Shown here: positions 25,896 through 35,717 of the stretch, piece by piece
How positions within the stretch are numbered: position 1 is the first letter of the stretch
Layout: every line of letters begins with the position of its first letter
IMG/VR virus record: IMGVR_UViG_3300014911_000001
Location: 64,001 to 128,000 of that record
DNA length: 64,000 nucleotides
DNA from: a virus
Reading direction: 5' to 3' (one strand)
Made by a program: the position numbers and the translations under genes
Notes under the pieces: generated by a model
Seen by the model: only the letters and a program-made list of their open reading frames with translations
The model's database searches: none
What the model was told of the DNA's origin: nothing

Positions 25896-26593
25896 GTGCC
25901 ACTCCTTTCGCTACATGCCTCCCTGCTTCTTAACAATAATGACACACGCTTTATAAATGCATAAAATAACCCGAGATATACTAGATAGTCTCTAACAGCA
26001 TCCTCATAGGAATCGTTTTCGACTAATAGTTCACCCTTTTTATTAAATGTTATCATCCTGCTGACCTTATCAGCCATGCGCCATATGAAGCCGAGGCCTA
26101 TATCATAAAAATCCTCCCATTCATTGTATTCCCGGGGAAGCCGCGGCTTCATCACAGCAACAAACATAAAATTAGCCAACGCATCACCACCCAACCCCGT
26201 TGCATAATCATGGTTCTTTTTTGTATGGAGCTCCTTTATCGATGCGATAATATTATCTAATGGCTGGCGCTTCACAGATGTATAGTAGTTAAGCAATTTA
26301 GCGCCTTCTATAATGATAATTGACAACATTAAATCCAACCCTTGGCGGCGGACCTCATCACAGTTGCACTTAGGATGCGCAATGATCTTTACTAAATTAC
26401 GCAGCTGCGCTAGTGATCTTACTCTATCTGATATATCCAACTTATCAAGGTGTATGCCTCTCTTCGATATGAGATCTAAATATTCCAAAAACAGACGGTC
26501 ACCTCTAAACCCATCCTTCTCAATAATAAAATCATCGCGATAAAAATAACACAAGGTAGGGTCAATAACAACATCGGATGGACTTGAACCCAT
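25892..26593 (-). CDS. DUF1599/Nmad1-like nucleotide-modification-associated protein
   Basis: KKNHDY, RMADKVSR, DSYEDAVRDY..Y. Confidence 0.7.
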   Translation of the reverse strand: MGSSPSDVVIDPTLCYFYRDDFIIEKDGFRGDRLFLEYLDLISKRGIHLDKLDISDRVRSLAQLRNLVKIIAHPKCNCDEVRRQGLDLMLSIIIIEGAKLLNYYTSVKRQPLDNIIASIKELHTKKNHDYATGLGGDALANFMFVAVMKPRLPREYNEWEDFYDIGLGFIWRMADKVSRMITFNKKGELLVENDSYEDAVRDYLVYLGLFYAFIKRVSLLLRSREACSERSGT

Positions 26594-26636
26594 ATCCACC
26601 TCCTTTGTCATACATTATAATTATTTATTATATGTT

Positions 26637-27059
26637 TTAATATAAGTGATGGCGTATGGCATTGCGGAAGATTTTGGCAGGTAGTCCCATCAAGGACCTC
26701 ATAACCCTGTTGAGCAAACCGCGTCTTGTTATCCTTCCTATCTGCCACTTCTTGCTCCTCATCAGATTCATCACAAATGTATCGATGCGCTTCGATGCTG
26801 TCAAGTGATTTTTTAATATAGGTATCGGTTGATCTATCTTCCTTACCATCTCAGGCGCCTTGGATAGAGCCGCAAGACGTGTCCCAACCTGCGATATCTC
26901 CCACTTTAATCCTGCATATCGTGCCGGCATGCGCAACAGGGATGGTTTGATACGTAATGGTAGGTCTACATAACGAGGAGACCATAACCTTTTGGTATAA
27001 CGATTCGTATCCTTTATATTACGACCCAGTTCTAATAACCTGTGATTTAACTTAAACAT
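26637..27059 (-). CDS. highly basic hypothetical protein
   Basis: Arg/Lys-rich, 140 aa. Confidence 0.6.
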   Translation of the reverse strand: MFKLNHRLLELGRNIKDTNRYTKRLWSPRYVDLPLRIKPSLLRMPARYAGLKWEISQVGTRLAALSKAPEMVRKIDQPIPILKNHLTASKRIDTFVMNLMRSKKWQIGRITRRGLLNRVMRSLMGLPAKIFRNAIRHHLY

Positions 27060-27062
27060 CTC

Positions 27063-28754
27063 TCACTGTGTGTCGGCCCCGAACCATCTCCGCTGTCGGA
27101 CATCCTCGGGGTCCCCACCTCCACACGGAGGTGAGTTTATCCGCACGGGGCCTGAAACTTTTTTTGTTCCCCTCACTGTCCCACCATGAAGCCCCGCCAA
27201 GGGCTCATTGTCTATGTTAATTATACCACCTATCGATTTTACATATCCATGCTTTTGCAACAGATACAGAAGAGATGTGTGTATATAGACCAAACGACTT
27301 GTGTTCCTACATTCAAGTCTACCGAACTCCTTATAAGTTCCGATAGGTAATCCTATCTTCTCAGCTACGTTATATAGGTACCTTACAGCATCGACGAGTA
27401 ATTTGTACTTGAACGTATAACGGTTGCGGTCCCTAAGGACTCTTATCTTACCGTCAGGTATGTCGATATCCGTCAGTTCCAACGGTTGATTACGCATGTA
27501 CCGTATGTATAGATCAATGATGTGATCAATGTCATTTTTTATAAGTATGTTATCTAATAGATATTGATGTGATGATAGGATCTTATGTAAGCATCTTGCT
27601 ATTATATGTAGCAACGGTTGCCTTCGTAGGGATTTCATGTTGGTAAGTCGTCTGGGTGTTATGTGCCGTATCTGTAGGTTATGTATGGCCTGTGCTATAG
27701 GTTTGTAGTGATGAGCAAGCTGATGTATGTGTCGTTGGCGTATGTACTTTAATGACTGTAGTTTCTTATCGAACGTAGCGTTTAGTGACCATGTTGATGC
27801 ATATGAGTAGTCAGGTGATGTTGATGGTCGTATGTTATAGACTGATATGTATGCTTCATTAGATGGTGATGCATCCTTATACTTACTATGTATAATGTGC
27901 TTTTTGTAATATTTACGTATCTTAATAGCATGATTAGTCTGTTCCGTGGTTCGCTTGTAGGATCTGATGTGACGGATGGTTAGAGGTAGTGCATACCACT
28001 CGGACTGAGGTAGACTGTAGACCTTAATATCTTTATGAGGAATGTATCTATATGCAGATGGTTGATATGCGATCTGTGGGTTGATGGGATCGTTGCGATA
28101 GTAGGTACCTTTATTAGTATGTTTTTTCTTTATGAAATGATATGTTGGTATAAGGCGGAGAAATTTATGTTTTTTAAGGTATGTTATGTGCCGCCTTATG
28201 GTTGGTATGGATAGCTGGAGAAGTGAGGATATGAAATCCTGTGACTTGGGCATGTGCTTGGGGTCGGCGGCAAGGAATGCAAGAAGTGTTATTATCTGTG
28301 TCTGTATATGTGCTGGAAGCGAGCTTATGTAGTTATGTATTGACTCAGGCATGTAGACAAGCTTGAGAGGCCAGCCCTCTGGTGCGAGAAGCCGCGGGTT
28401 TATGTCCTTTAGGTCCTTGAGAGAAAATGAAAATGATGCGTATGATGTATTAGTATCTTTATCATATTTTATCTTGAAGCCGATGGTTCTTATTATGTTG
28501 TAAACCTGTGTGTAGTGCTTTTTTAAGGCCGGCAGGTTCTGCCTGACATATGATTTGAAATCATCGTAGGGGATAAGCCCGCCGTTGTGCCATATGTAAA
28601 GAAGTGCGTTGAGTGTTTCGTAGAGAAGCCGCGGCTTCAAAGGACTACGAGGTGCATAATAATTCGATAGAGCATCACCTACATACCTGAGAACGCCGCC
28701 TAATGTGCTCACTATAATACAGTCATGTATGTCATCAGTGTAATGCTTCATCAA
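27063..28754 (-). CDS. wHTH DNA-binding protein, candidate replication initiator
   Basis: SQDFISSLLQLSIPTIRRHITYLKKHKFL helix-turn-helix; own promoter; the skew switch lies in its 3' end. Confidence 0.5.
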   Translation of the reverse strand: MMKHYTDDIHDCIIVSTLGGVLRYVGDALSNYYAPRSPLKPRLLYETLNALLYIWHNGGLIPYDDFKSYVRQNLPALKKHYTQVYNIIRTIGFKIKYDKDTNTSYASFSFSLKDLKDINPRLLAPEGWPLKLVYMPESIHNYISSLPAHIQTQIITLLAFLAADPKHMPKSQDFISSLLQLSIPTIRRHITYLKKHKFLRLIPTYHFIKKKHTNKGTYYRNDPINPQIAYQPSAYRYIPHKDIKVYSLPQSEWYALPLTIRHIRSYKRTTEQTNHAIKIRKYYKKHIIHSKYKDASPSNEAYISVYNIRPSTSPDYSYASTWSLNATFDKKLQSLKYIRQRHIHQLAHHYKPIAQAIHNLQIRHITPRRLTNMKSLRRQPLLHIIARCLHKILSSHQYLLDNILIKNDIDHIIDLYIRYMRNQPLELTDIDIPDGKIRVLRDRNRYTFKYKLLVDAVRYLYNVAEKIGLPIGTYKEFGRLECRNTSRLVYIHTSLLYLLQKHGYVKSIGGIINIDNEPLAGLHGGTVRGTKKVSGPVRINSPPCGGGDPEDVRQRRWFGADTQ

Positions 28755-28775
28755 CCTCTATCATTGTTTTGTGTG

Positions 28776-28847
28776 ATTATAATCATAATGTAAATGGTGT
28801 CAAGAGAAAAAAAGTTGTTGACAAGATTTATTTGATGAATATATAGT
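28776..28847. promoter_or_regulatory. divergent sigma70-type promoters
   Basis: Minus strand TTGACA-N16-TATAAT (28803-28776); plus strand TTGACA at 28818 with TATAGT 18 nt later. Confidence 0.7.
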
Positions 28848-28875
28848 AGTTGAAACCTATATCAGGAGGTAATCC

Positions 28876-29148
28876 TTGATAAAAATGATTGGTGATCATG
28901 TTCTTTTGAAGCCGCGCAAAAAGGAACAGGTGGGTGGGATATATCTCCCCGAAGCAAAGGTTGAATTTTTTGAGGTTGTTGATGTCGGTGATGGTATACC
29001 GCTCCCTAATGGTACATATGCACCAGTTGATGTCCATGTTGGTGATATCGTTTTGGTACCAGAACATGTAGGTGTTGAATATGAAGATGGTGATACTACA
29101 TATGTTATTGCCCGCCTATCCGATATTGATGCCGTTGTAGAGGAATAA
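28876..29148 (+). CDS. groES: GroES-like co-chaperonin
   Basis: GDHVLL, GGIYLP, VVDVGDG, VHVGDIVL, DIDAVV. Confidence 0.92.
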   Translation: MIKMIGDHVLLKPRKKEQVGGIYLPEAKVEFFEVVDVGDGIPLPNGTYAPVDVHVGDIVLVPEHVGVEYEDGDTTYVIARLSDIDAVVEE

Positions 29149-29163
29149 GAGGAGGATGGAGGC

Positions 29164-29625
29164 TTGCGCATCAAACGGTCTGACAAGGTCCTTCTATTTT
29201 CATCAGACAAGCAGTTGAAATTACATCTATCCGAGCGGTATAAGGTTGTAACTCCGGAATCTAATCGATTACCATTGTTTATTATATTGGATGCTGTTTC
29301 ACGGTATCAGCACCTCGATGTCTTTTCATTATTAACATATATGTTTGGTTACTTATATTTTAAGTTAGGTGAGTATGCGCGTCATAAGCAGCATTGTTAT
29401 CTGGTTGTGTTGATGAAGCCGCGTGTTTTGAAGGTTTCGTTGCTTGAAAAGAGATTAGTCAACCCCTTGAGCCGGTTGTTTAAGACCAAAAGATTTATAC
29501 GCCAGACATCAGTTCAATCCGTGCGGTCGTTATCACAGCTTATATCCCACCTTGGTGATTATTATAATGATAAAGGTTCATATAAGGTTGCTATTTATCG
29601 GATAGGAGGATTCCATGAACATTGA
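29164..29625 (+). CDS. hypothetical protein
   Basis: SD and operon context. Confidence 0.6.
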   Translation: MRIKRSDKVLLFSSDKQLKLHLSERYKVVTPESNRLPLFIILDAVSRYQHLDVFSLLTYMFGYLYFKLGEYARHKQHCYLVVLMKPRVLKVSLLEKRLVNPLSRLFKTKRFIRQTSVQSVRSLSQLISHLGDYYNDKGSYKVAIYRIGGFHEH

Positions 29626-30223
29626 TATTACAGCAAAGAGGGTTGTTGATGATTATTTGGACAAGGCTGGTATCGTTAGTTCAATAGAAACACCAGACGA
29701 TTTAGCTCTTTATATATTGAGGTATGGTCACCGTTATCCGTCTTTACTGGTTGATGCAGTACAGAGGGTATGGAATGAAAAGATTGATCATTATGATGAC
29801 ATCATATATGTAACGGCAGATAAGTTTGCGCAGTCATATTTGAAGGAATTTGAGGGGATTGTATATGATTATAGGAAGCCCGCCGGGCTTATTGATACGT
29901 ATCTCCATTTATTGGATGTAGCCCCGGCTTCAACACTAATGTTCGGTTACTACTTTTACATACATTCATCAGAGCTTATATTGGTGGCGCCCCTCGATTA
30001 TTATAATATGGTAAAAGGTGCTTATGAATCATATTTCTGGGATTTTGAACCTAATTTAACGATTTTTGATCTTATAACATATGCATTTTTTGCCAAGGCC
30101 TTAAACATGGGTGTTGCAATTTTAGAGGGTAGTGATATATCACTTAGTGTTGTGAAGAAGTTTATGTATCGCGTTAAATCCTTATATACGACAGAGGAGG
30201 TGATGGATGATTCAAAGGAGTGA
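29615..30223 (+). CDS. hypothetical protein
   Basis: AGGAGG SD. Confidence 0.7.
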   Translation: MNIDITAKRVVDDYLDKAGIVSSIETPDDLALYILRYGHRYPSLLVDAVQRVWNEKIDHYDDIIYVTADKFAQSYLKEFEGIVYDYRKPAGLIDTYLHLLDVAPASTLMFGYYFYIHSSELILVAPLDYYNMVKGAYESYFWDFEPNLTIFDLITYAFFAKALNMGVAILEGSDISLSVVKKFMYRVKSLYTTEEVMDDSKE

Positions 30224-31487
30224 ACCTGTTGTTATACCATTACCTGTTAATATTTACACACAGTGGGATGAAATCAAAAGGTTCATTATCGACCACAAAT
30301 ACGATATGGTTAGTATAAATAAGTTACTTCACGATGTTTTTGGTTTGCCTAAGTCGACTGTCTATGCCTTGTTAAAGACATTGGATCTATTTATTGGTAG
30401 CTGGAAGGAATTGGATCGTGTTGATGTTGAGCCGGTATTGGGACAGAAATTATCCGAGCAGGATGTAATGGATTTATGGCCAGAGATTGAGAGTTATAAG
30501 AAGTTGGGGCGCGAGGGCTTCATAAAAACGCTAATGGACAAGTATAGATTGACATATTGGGCAGCGAGTAAATTATATTACCATGAAGGTGGGCATTCTA
30601 AATATGATAAGCGGAAGCACGCGGAGCCTATAGGGAAGGGCTTCAAGTCTGATGAAATATTAGACTGGCGGGCTTACTTGGAGGAAATGGAACATTTTCG
30701 TCATCGTATAAATTATAGCGAAGGCGATGTGAATTATGATTCCGTTTATGAGTGGCATGTACCGTCATCAAAGGTTGGTGTCATTTTTACATCCGACTGG
30801 CATCTTGGTTCCCGATTTACTGACTACAAGCGTCTTAAAGAGCACATAGAGCTTCTTATGGAGAATTTTCATGTATTTCTGGTTGGTGATATGGTTGATA
30901 TGTTTTTATCATTTAAGAATAAGGCTGTTGAGTTTCAGCAGATAGTGCCGCCGACAACGCAGTTGAAGCTATTGTATAGTATATTGTTGGAGTTACAGCA
31001 GAAGGGGCGGCTTCACGTGATTTTATTATCAAGCCAGCGCGTTCATGACTCAGCTGTTAGTGCTGCGGCCGGCTTCGACCCTTACCAGTTTTTTGATGGC
31101 TTAAATACGGTCTATTTCAGAAATAAGGGTATTGTTTATGTACGCATGCCGCGGAGAACATGGGAGGTATTAATTTTACATAAATATGGTCGGAGTTCTT
31201 ATAGGAATCCGTTTAGCAGACATGTTTATGCTATTGATAATGTTTCAGCGACAGCGGATGTGATTGTTATGGCTCATCTACACCGCAGAGATTATGCCAG
31301 CTTCTACTTTGGTGGAAAGCAACGAGTTTGTATAAACCTGCCGGGCTTCAAATATAACGATCCTTATACCCAATCATATTTTGATCAACATGAAGCGCCG
31401 TTCCCCGTTGTTGTGTTTGATGATGATAACAATACGGTTGATGTGTATCCATCACCGGAGGTAGCGCGTTATGTTATTAGCAGTTGA
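30207..31487 (+). CDS. calcineurin-like metallophosphoesterase with helical N-terminus
   Basis: SDWHLG, GDMVD, HD, ILH, AHLH. Confidence 0.85.
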   Translation: MIQRSEPVVIPLPVNIYTQWDEIKRFIIDHKYDMVSINKLLHDVFGLPKSTVYALLKTLDLFIGSWKELDRVDVEPVLGQKLSEQDVMDLWPEIESYKKLGREGFIKTLMDKYRLTYWAASKLYYHEGGHSKYDKRKHAEPIGKGFKSDEILDWRAYLEEMEHFRHRINYSEGDVNYDSVYEWHVPSSKVGVIFTSDWHLGSRFTDYKRLKEHIELLMENFHVFLVGDMVDMFLSFKNKAVEFQQIVPPTTQLKLLYSILLELQQKGRLHVILLSSQRVHDSAVSAAAGFDPYQFFDGLNTVYFRNKGIVYVRMPRRTWEVLILHKYGRSSYRNPFSRHVYAIDNVSATADVIVMAHLHRRDYASFYFGGKQRVCINLPGFKYNDPYTQSYFDQHEAPFPVVVFDDDNNTVDVYPSPEVARYVISS

Positions 31488-31576
31488 TTACAATGTTGTT
31501 CATAAAATTTACAGGTATATGATGCATATAACATTAAATTATAATGAAGATTTACCAATTGAGGATTTGATAGGAG

Positions 31577-31972
31577 GTGTATATGCGAACGAGGCGAGAG
31601 GGCAGGTATCTGTTGATACAGGGTATCGATCCTCCGATAACAAGAGATGATGTATCCGCTGCAATAGCGATTCCATTACGCCGTTTGTGTGATATTATGC
31701 ATGTTACTGATGATGGTCGTTCTGCGAAGATTGATTTAAGGTCTGTTGGGTTGGCTGAGTTGCTTGCTATAACATCATATCTTACCTTGCCGTGGGTTCC
31801 TGTAGCGATTGATTGGTTCCGTGTTAATATGAAGGCGCGATCTACATATGCTGTTGGTGTTATATTAGGCCGCGCGGCTTCATATATCCGTAAACAATTA
31901 GGCATAACATTAGAGGGGACAGATGAAGAAGATACAGTACAATCTGAAGAAACGGTTGAGGCCAATCAGTGA
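31577..31972 (+). CDS. hypothetical protein
   Basis: AGGAGGTG SD. Confidence 0.65.
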   Translation: MYMRTRREGRYLLIQGIDPPITRDDVSAAIAIPLRRLCDIMHVTDDGRSAKIDLRSVGLAELLAITSYLTLPWVPVAIDWFRVNMKARSTYAVGVILGRAASYIRKQLGITLEGTDEEDTVQSEETVEANQ

Positions 31973-32363
31973 GGGTACGGCTGTTGTTGTTGATCTGCTT
32001 ATCAGGCCACAGACAAATCTGTACATTCCAGAGTCTGTGTTTGTATTGCAATTTGGGCTTGTTTTAAACCCGGGGATCATCAAAAGGTTACCATTGGATT
32101 TACATGAGGGGGACATAATTTTGCGGGCTGCATGGAAGGCCGACCTTATACGAACATGTAGTGGTGAATATGTTAAGTCTGCTGATTATATTGATATAGA
32201 TGTACCAGATGTGCCGGGCTTCATCATCAAACCAGATGACTATCTAAAGCTAGTTTATCATAGAGACATTATAGCAATTTTCGATGATGTTGATGATTGG
32301 GTAAAATTTGTTAAACATTTAAGCAAGATGGAGGGAAACTATGGGAATCAGTGTACCAAATAA
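31923..32363 (+). CDS. divergent GroES-like protein
   Basis: LRPI, LYIP, GLVL.PG, LHEGDIIL, DIIAIF. Confidence 0.55.
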   Translation: MKKIQYNLKKRLRPISEGTAVVVDLLIRPQTNLYIPESVFVLQFGLVLNPGIIKRLPLDLHEGDIILRAAWKADLIRTCSGEYVKSADYIDIDVPDVPGFIIKPDDYLKLVYHRDIIAIFDDVDDWVKFVKHLSKMEGNYGNQCTK

Positions 32364-32694
32364 TGTTAGGGATGAGATGGAACGGGAGCGCCGTGAAAAG
32401 ATTGTGAAGCACGCGCTCCTTGGTGAGTTGATGCCTATTATGATTGATCTTACGCGTCTGGTTACTGAGATACGTCATATACGTAACAAAGATGGTGATG
32501 ATGCACCGCATCCTCATGTGAAAGATGATGTGCTTAATAAAATTGATTCATTGGTTGAGTTATTCTTTACGACATATACTGACTTTATGAAGACTTATAT
32601 CAATGATATTGATGGTCTTGCGCGTAGTGCGCTTGAGCGTATGATGCAGGAGAGTATGACAATGGGGCCGGGGCCTCGCATACCACGAGAGTAA
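32341..32694 (+). CDS. hypothetical protein
   Basis: GGAGG SD. Confidence 0.65.
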   Translation: MGISVPNNVRDEMERERREKIVKHALLGELMPIMIDLTRLVTEIRHIRNKDGDDAPHPHVKDDVLNKIDSLVELFFTTYTDFMKTYINDIDGLARSALERMMQESMTMGPGPRIPRE

Positions 32695-32695
32695 T

Positions 32696-33040
32696 ATGAA
32701 ACTATGTAATGGATACTACATAGGTGAGATCATTGATGATGGATCTGTTGCGCAGCGTACTGATATTATTGTGCCATTTGGTGAACTATCATATTTGTTA
32801 AAAGTGCGCATTAAGTGGAAGGCATCATCTGCTTTGGTATATTCAAGGAGACAGGACAAGTATATTGACCTACCAGTTTCAGTTAATGTTGGTGATGAGG
32901 TGTTGGTTCTGAGGTTTGATACGCAGCCTCTCGCTTTACGTGGTACCAATGAGCCGCGCTTCGTTATCGGTAGGTTGGTAGACATCTTGGGAGTATATGG
33001 GAATAAGAACAATATTGGCGAAAATAAAGAAGCGCGATGA
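32696..33040 (+). CDS. divergent GroES-like protein
   Basis: IIVP, VNVGDEVLV, DILGV. Confidence 0.55.
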   Translation: MKLCNGYYIGEIIDDGSVAQRTDIIVPFGELSYLLKVRIKWKASSALVYSRRQDKYIDLPVSVNVGDEVLVLRFDTQPLALRGTNEPRFVIGRLVDILGVYGNKNNIGENKEAR

Positions 33041-33491
33041 GGCTGCTAATTATGATTATAAATACGAGAAAAAATATGGAATCCTGAGACGTAAAGGGCG
33101 CAAGTGGGATTCGGAACAGGAACGTATATTATATAGTATATTAAGGCAGATATATACAGGTCGTAAGATCTTTAACCATGTTCGTTTTGAGGAAGCGCCG
33201 ACCCTTGAGTATGATTTTTTTATACCTGATGAATTCCTTGTTATTGAATATAACGGTCAGGAGCATTACTGTGTCGTTGAAGGTATGACCGTGTATGACT
33301 TCTATGGTCGTGTGTATCGCGATCGTTGTAAATTGAATAATGCTTGCAAGCGTGGTTATACATACATACCCATTCCATTCGATATAGGTCTTACTGTTGG
33401 TATAGTAAAGAAGTGGATTGATAGTGGGTGGGATAAGGAAAAGGTAATACAACATTATCTTGAGTACTACGAAAAAAACAAATTCGGATAA
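32997..33491 (+). CDS. Vsr/DUF559-like endonuclease
   Basis: YDFFIP..LVIEYNGQEHY, RD..K. Confidence 0.8.
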   Translation: MGIRTILAKIKKRDEAANYDYKYEKKYGILRRKGRKWDSEQERILYSILRQIYTGRKIFNHVRFEEAPTLEYDFFIPDEFLVIEYNGQEHYCVVEGMTVYDFYGRVYRDRCKLNNACKRGYTYIPIPFDIGLTVGIVKKWIDSGWDKEKVIQHYLEYYEKNKFG

Positions 33492-34107
33492 GCTTGCGCG
33501 GGCTTATGATGAAACAATCCAGCGTGTCTGGGATACATTCTTCCCTGGTGTTGATATTGATGTTGTTGTTGGTATGAGGGATGCTGCATCTGTTGCCAAG
33601 CTACCTATCAAAAAGTGTACCCCGGCGTGTCCATTATATGATCAATGTGAGGTAAGGAAGAAGTATTCGCCATCGTATTGCCCTATGGAGTTTGTTAAGT
33701 TCTTTGAGCAGTTGACTAACATGGCAAAAGAGCTTGATATTGATCCTGATAATGTAGTTGAGGCATCGCGTGTATTGGATTACCAGTTGTTATCTCTTAT
33801 ACAGGATGCGATATTGGAAAAGATACAGCATAATGGGGTGAGTCAGTATGTTCCTGTTGTATCGGGGGAGGGTGTTATAGCGGAGGTTGAGGAGGTATCA
33901 CCGTTTGTGAAGACGCTTATGGAGATTGCGAAGTTGAAAGGTAAGATACTAGAGGAATTTTTAGCAACGCGTCAGTCGAAGAAAAAATTTGGTGAGGGTG
34001 AGGATAGTGATCCCGCGCGCTACTTATCAGGTTTGCCTGTTGTTGATGCGGAGATTGAGGATGTAGATACTGAGAAGAAGGATGATGATGATAAAAAAGC
34101 AGATTAA
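33460..34107 (+). CDS. hypothetical protein, possible terminase small subunit
   Basis: Cys4 cluster, helical body, acidic tail; upstream of TerL. Confidence 0.4.
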   Translation: MSTTKKTNSDKLARAYDETIQRVWDTFFPGVDIDVVVGMRDAASVAKLPIKKCTPACPLYDQCEVRKKYSPSYCPMEFVKFFEQLTNMAKELDIDPDNVVEASRVLDYQLLSLIQDAILEKIQHNGVSQYVPVVSGEGVIAEVEEVSPFVKTLMEIAKLKGKILEEFLATRQSKKKFGEGEDSDPARYLSGLPVVDAEIEDVDTEKKDDDDKKAD

Positions 34108-34612
34108 AATATTAGAGGGACTTGCCAAGTCAGGTAAGGAATTTGTCAGGCGTTTTGGACAGTTCTTGCGTGGTTCACATAATTTAGAGCCGCTGGTTGA
34201 GTTACCCGCGAAGACATTTAGGAAGCCGCCGCCTCTGCTTCTGTTCAAGAGATCGGCGGGCTTAATAGAAACGAATATTGTTAAACCTAAGTTGGTAAGA
34301 TCTACGGTAAGACGGTTGGAATATGCTATGACCCAAGATGTAATTAAGCGGATGCGGCAGAAGCTTAATTATAAGTTTTTGAAGAATAAGGTCGTACCGT
34401 TGACCAAAAATGTAAGAAGGGCGCGGCTTTGCACATCTTATAAACTTATAAGACCAAAATCGACAGGAAGGCATATACGTGATGTGATGTCTATACAAGG
34501 TGCAGGTATTGCTTGGGAGAATTTACATAAGCAGTCTTTAAATAAATTAGAGGCAACAAGGATAGGTTTTAGACCGAGGGTCAGGAAGCAATGGATAGGT
34601 TCGATCAGTTAA
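34082..34612 (+). CDS. highly basic hypothetical protein
   Basis: Arg/Lys-rich. Confidence 0.6.
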   Translation: MMMIKKQIKILEGLAKSGKEFVRRFGQFLRGSHNLEPLVELPAKTFRKPPPLLLFKRSAGLIETNIVKPKLVRSTVRRLEYAMTQDVIKRMRQKLNYKFLKNKVVPLTKNVRRARLCTSYKLIRPKSTGRHIRDVMSIQGAGIAWENLHKQSLNKLEATRIGFRPRVRKQWIGSIS

Positions 34613-35373
34613 ATTTATATGCGCAGCAGACTGATGAGTATTTCCTTCCCGAAGATAAATATAGACCGTTGCCGTGGAGGGTTGCTGCTAGTTATGTAGG
34701 TCTTGTTAAGTCACCTTTTACGGCAAGTATTGGTATTGGTAAGGCCTATGCTACCTTAGCAGGCACATCAATCTTATATCATTATGTGTATCGTCCCAAG
34801 ATATGGCGTACTGCTGTTAAGACGGGAGAACTTAAGTGGGTTGGTTTCCCGGGCTTCAGAGGATTTGCGCAGGGTCCACGTGGTGGTGTGATGCGCAAGA
34901 TGGGTCATTGGTTGTTTGGGCAGATGTTGAGACCTGTGTTGAGTACACAGGCTTATGATATGTATAGGAAGCGCGGCTTAATGGGTGTTGCCATGTATAT
35001 GAAGCAGGCTGGTAAGCCGGGTCTAGCGAGAAAGATTTATAAGGTTGCTCGTGTTTTGGGTGGTGGTACCATTAAGGTTGGACGTGTTGCTGCAAGCTTG
35101 GGTCGTACTGCTGCTTGGGGTATGCTTGCGTATGATGTTGTTCGTGGTGGTATAGCACTAGCAGGGGCGGCTATGAACCGCGGGCTTCGCATTCTGGATA
35201 GAGTGCATACTACATTAGTGCGTCTCAGGAGAAATCAATTACCGGAGGCCTATAGGATGCCTCAAGCGGCAACACTAAGGTCGTTGGCATTACAAGAGAT
35301 TCATACATCACGTACTAATGTAAGAAGTGTTTTACTGGGTAATGAGGCAGCTTATATGCATAGGGCATTATGA
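34591..35373 (+). CDS. basic Gly/Ala-rich protein, possible internal virion protein
   Basis: Composition; AATLR..ALQEI..S..LGNEAAYMH tail. Confidence 0.55.
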   Translation: MDRFDQLNLYAQQTDEYFLPEDKYRPLPWRVAASYVGLVKSPFTASIGIGKAYATLAGTSILYHYVYRPKIWRTAVKTGELKWVGFPGFRGFAQGPRGGVMRKMGHWLFGQMLRPVLSTQAYDMYRKRGLMGVAMYMKQAGKPGLARKIYKVARVLGGGTIKVGRVAASLGRTAAWGMLAYDVVRGGIALAGAAMNRGLRILDRVHTTLVRLRRNQLPEAYRMPQAATLRSLALQEIHTSRTNVRSVLLGNEAAYMHRAL

Positions 35374-35717
35374 GAGCATTACGTAGATTAAGGGAAATAT
35401 ATAATAGGCCGCAGATAGCACCACGGAATGTTTACCATTTTGTTGATCCTTTAGCTCGTGTCAAACGGTTACGGTTGTGGAGGGGTCGATTAGTTAACAG
35501 TCAAGGCAAAAAGGTTGTTAACAAGATTTTAACATCTATACAGCGCAGGAGGCCGCGGGCTTCAATGGCGTTGAGTCGTAAATTGCTAAAATTAACCAAA
35601 CGCAGCTGGATTGGATCGCGGCTTAGTCATTTTATGGTCTCAAAGGGGCGGCTTTGTAAGTGGGTTGGTGTATTAAATGTATTGAAGGATGCTATAAGAG
35701 TTAGGATGATAGCATGA
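35370..35717 (+). CDS. highly basic hypothetical protein
   Basis: Arg-rich; ATGA overlaps at both ends. Confidence 0.6.
   Translation: MRALRRLREIYNRPQIAPRNVYHFVDPLARVKRLRLWRGRLVNSQGKKVVNKILTSIQRRRPRASMALSRKLLKLTKRSWIGSRLSHFMVSKGRLCKWVGVLNVLKDAIRVRMIA

Noticed and set aside
34833-35669. Partial matches (TAAGTGGGTTGGT at ~34833 and ~35657) to the putative TnpB guide
   Set aside because: Only 10 contiguous bases match, the strand is G/T-rich, and the flanking TAM-side bases differ. This is not enough to claim self-targeting.
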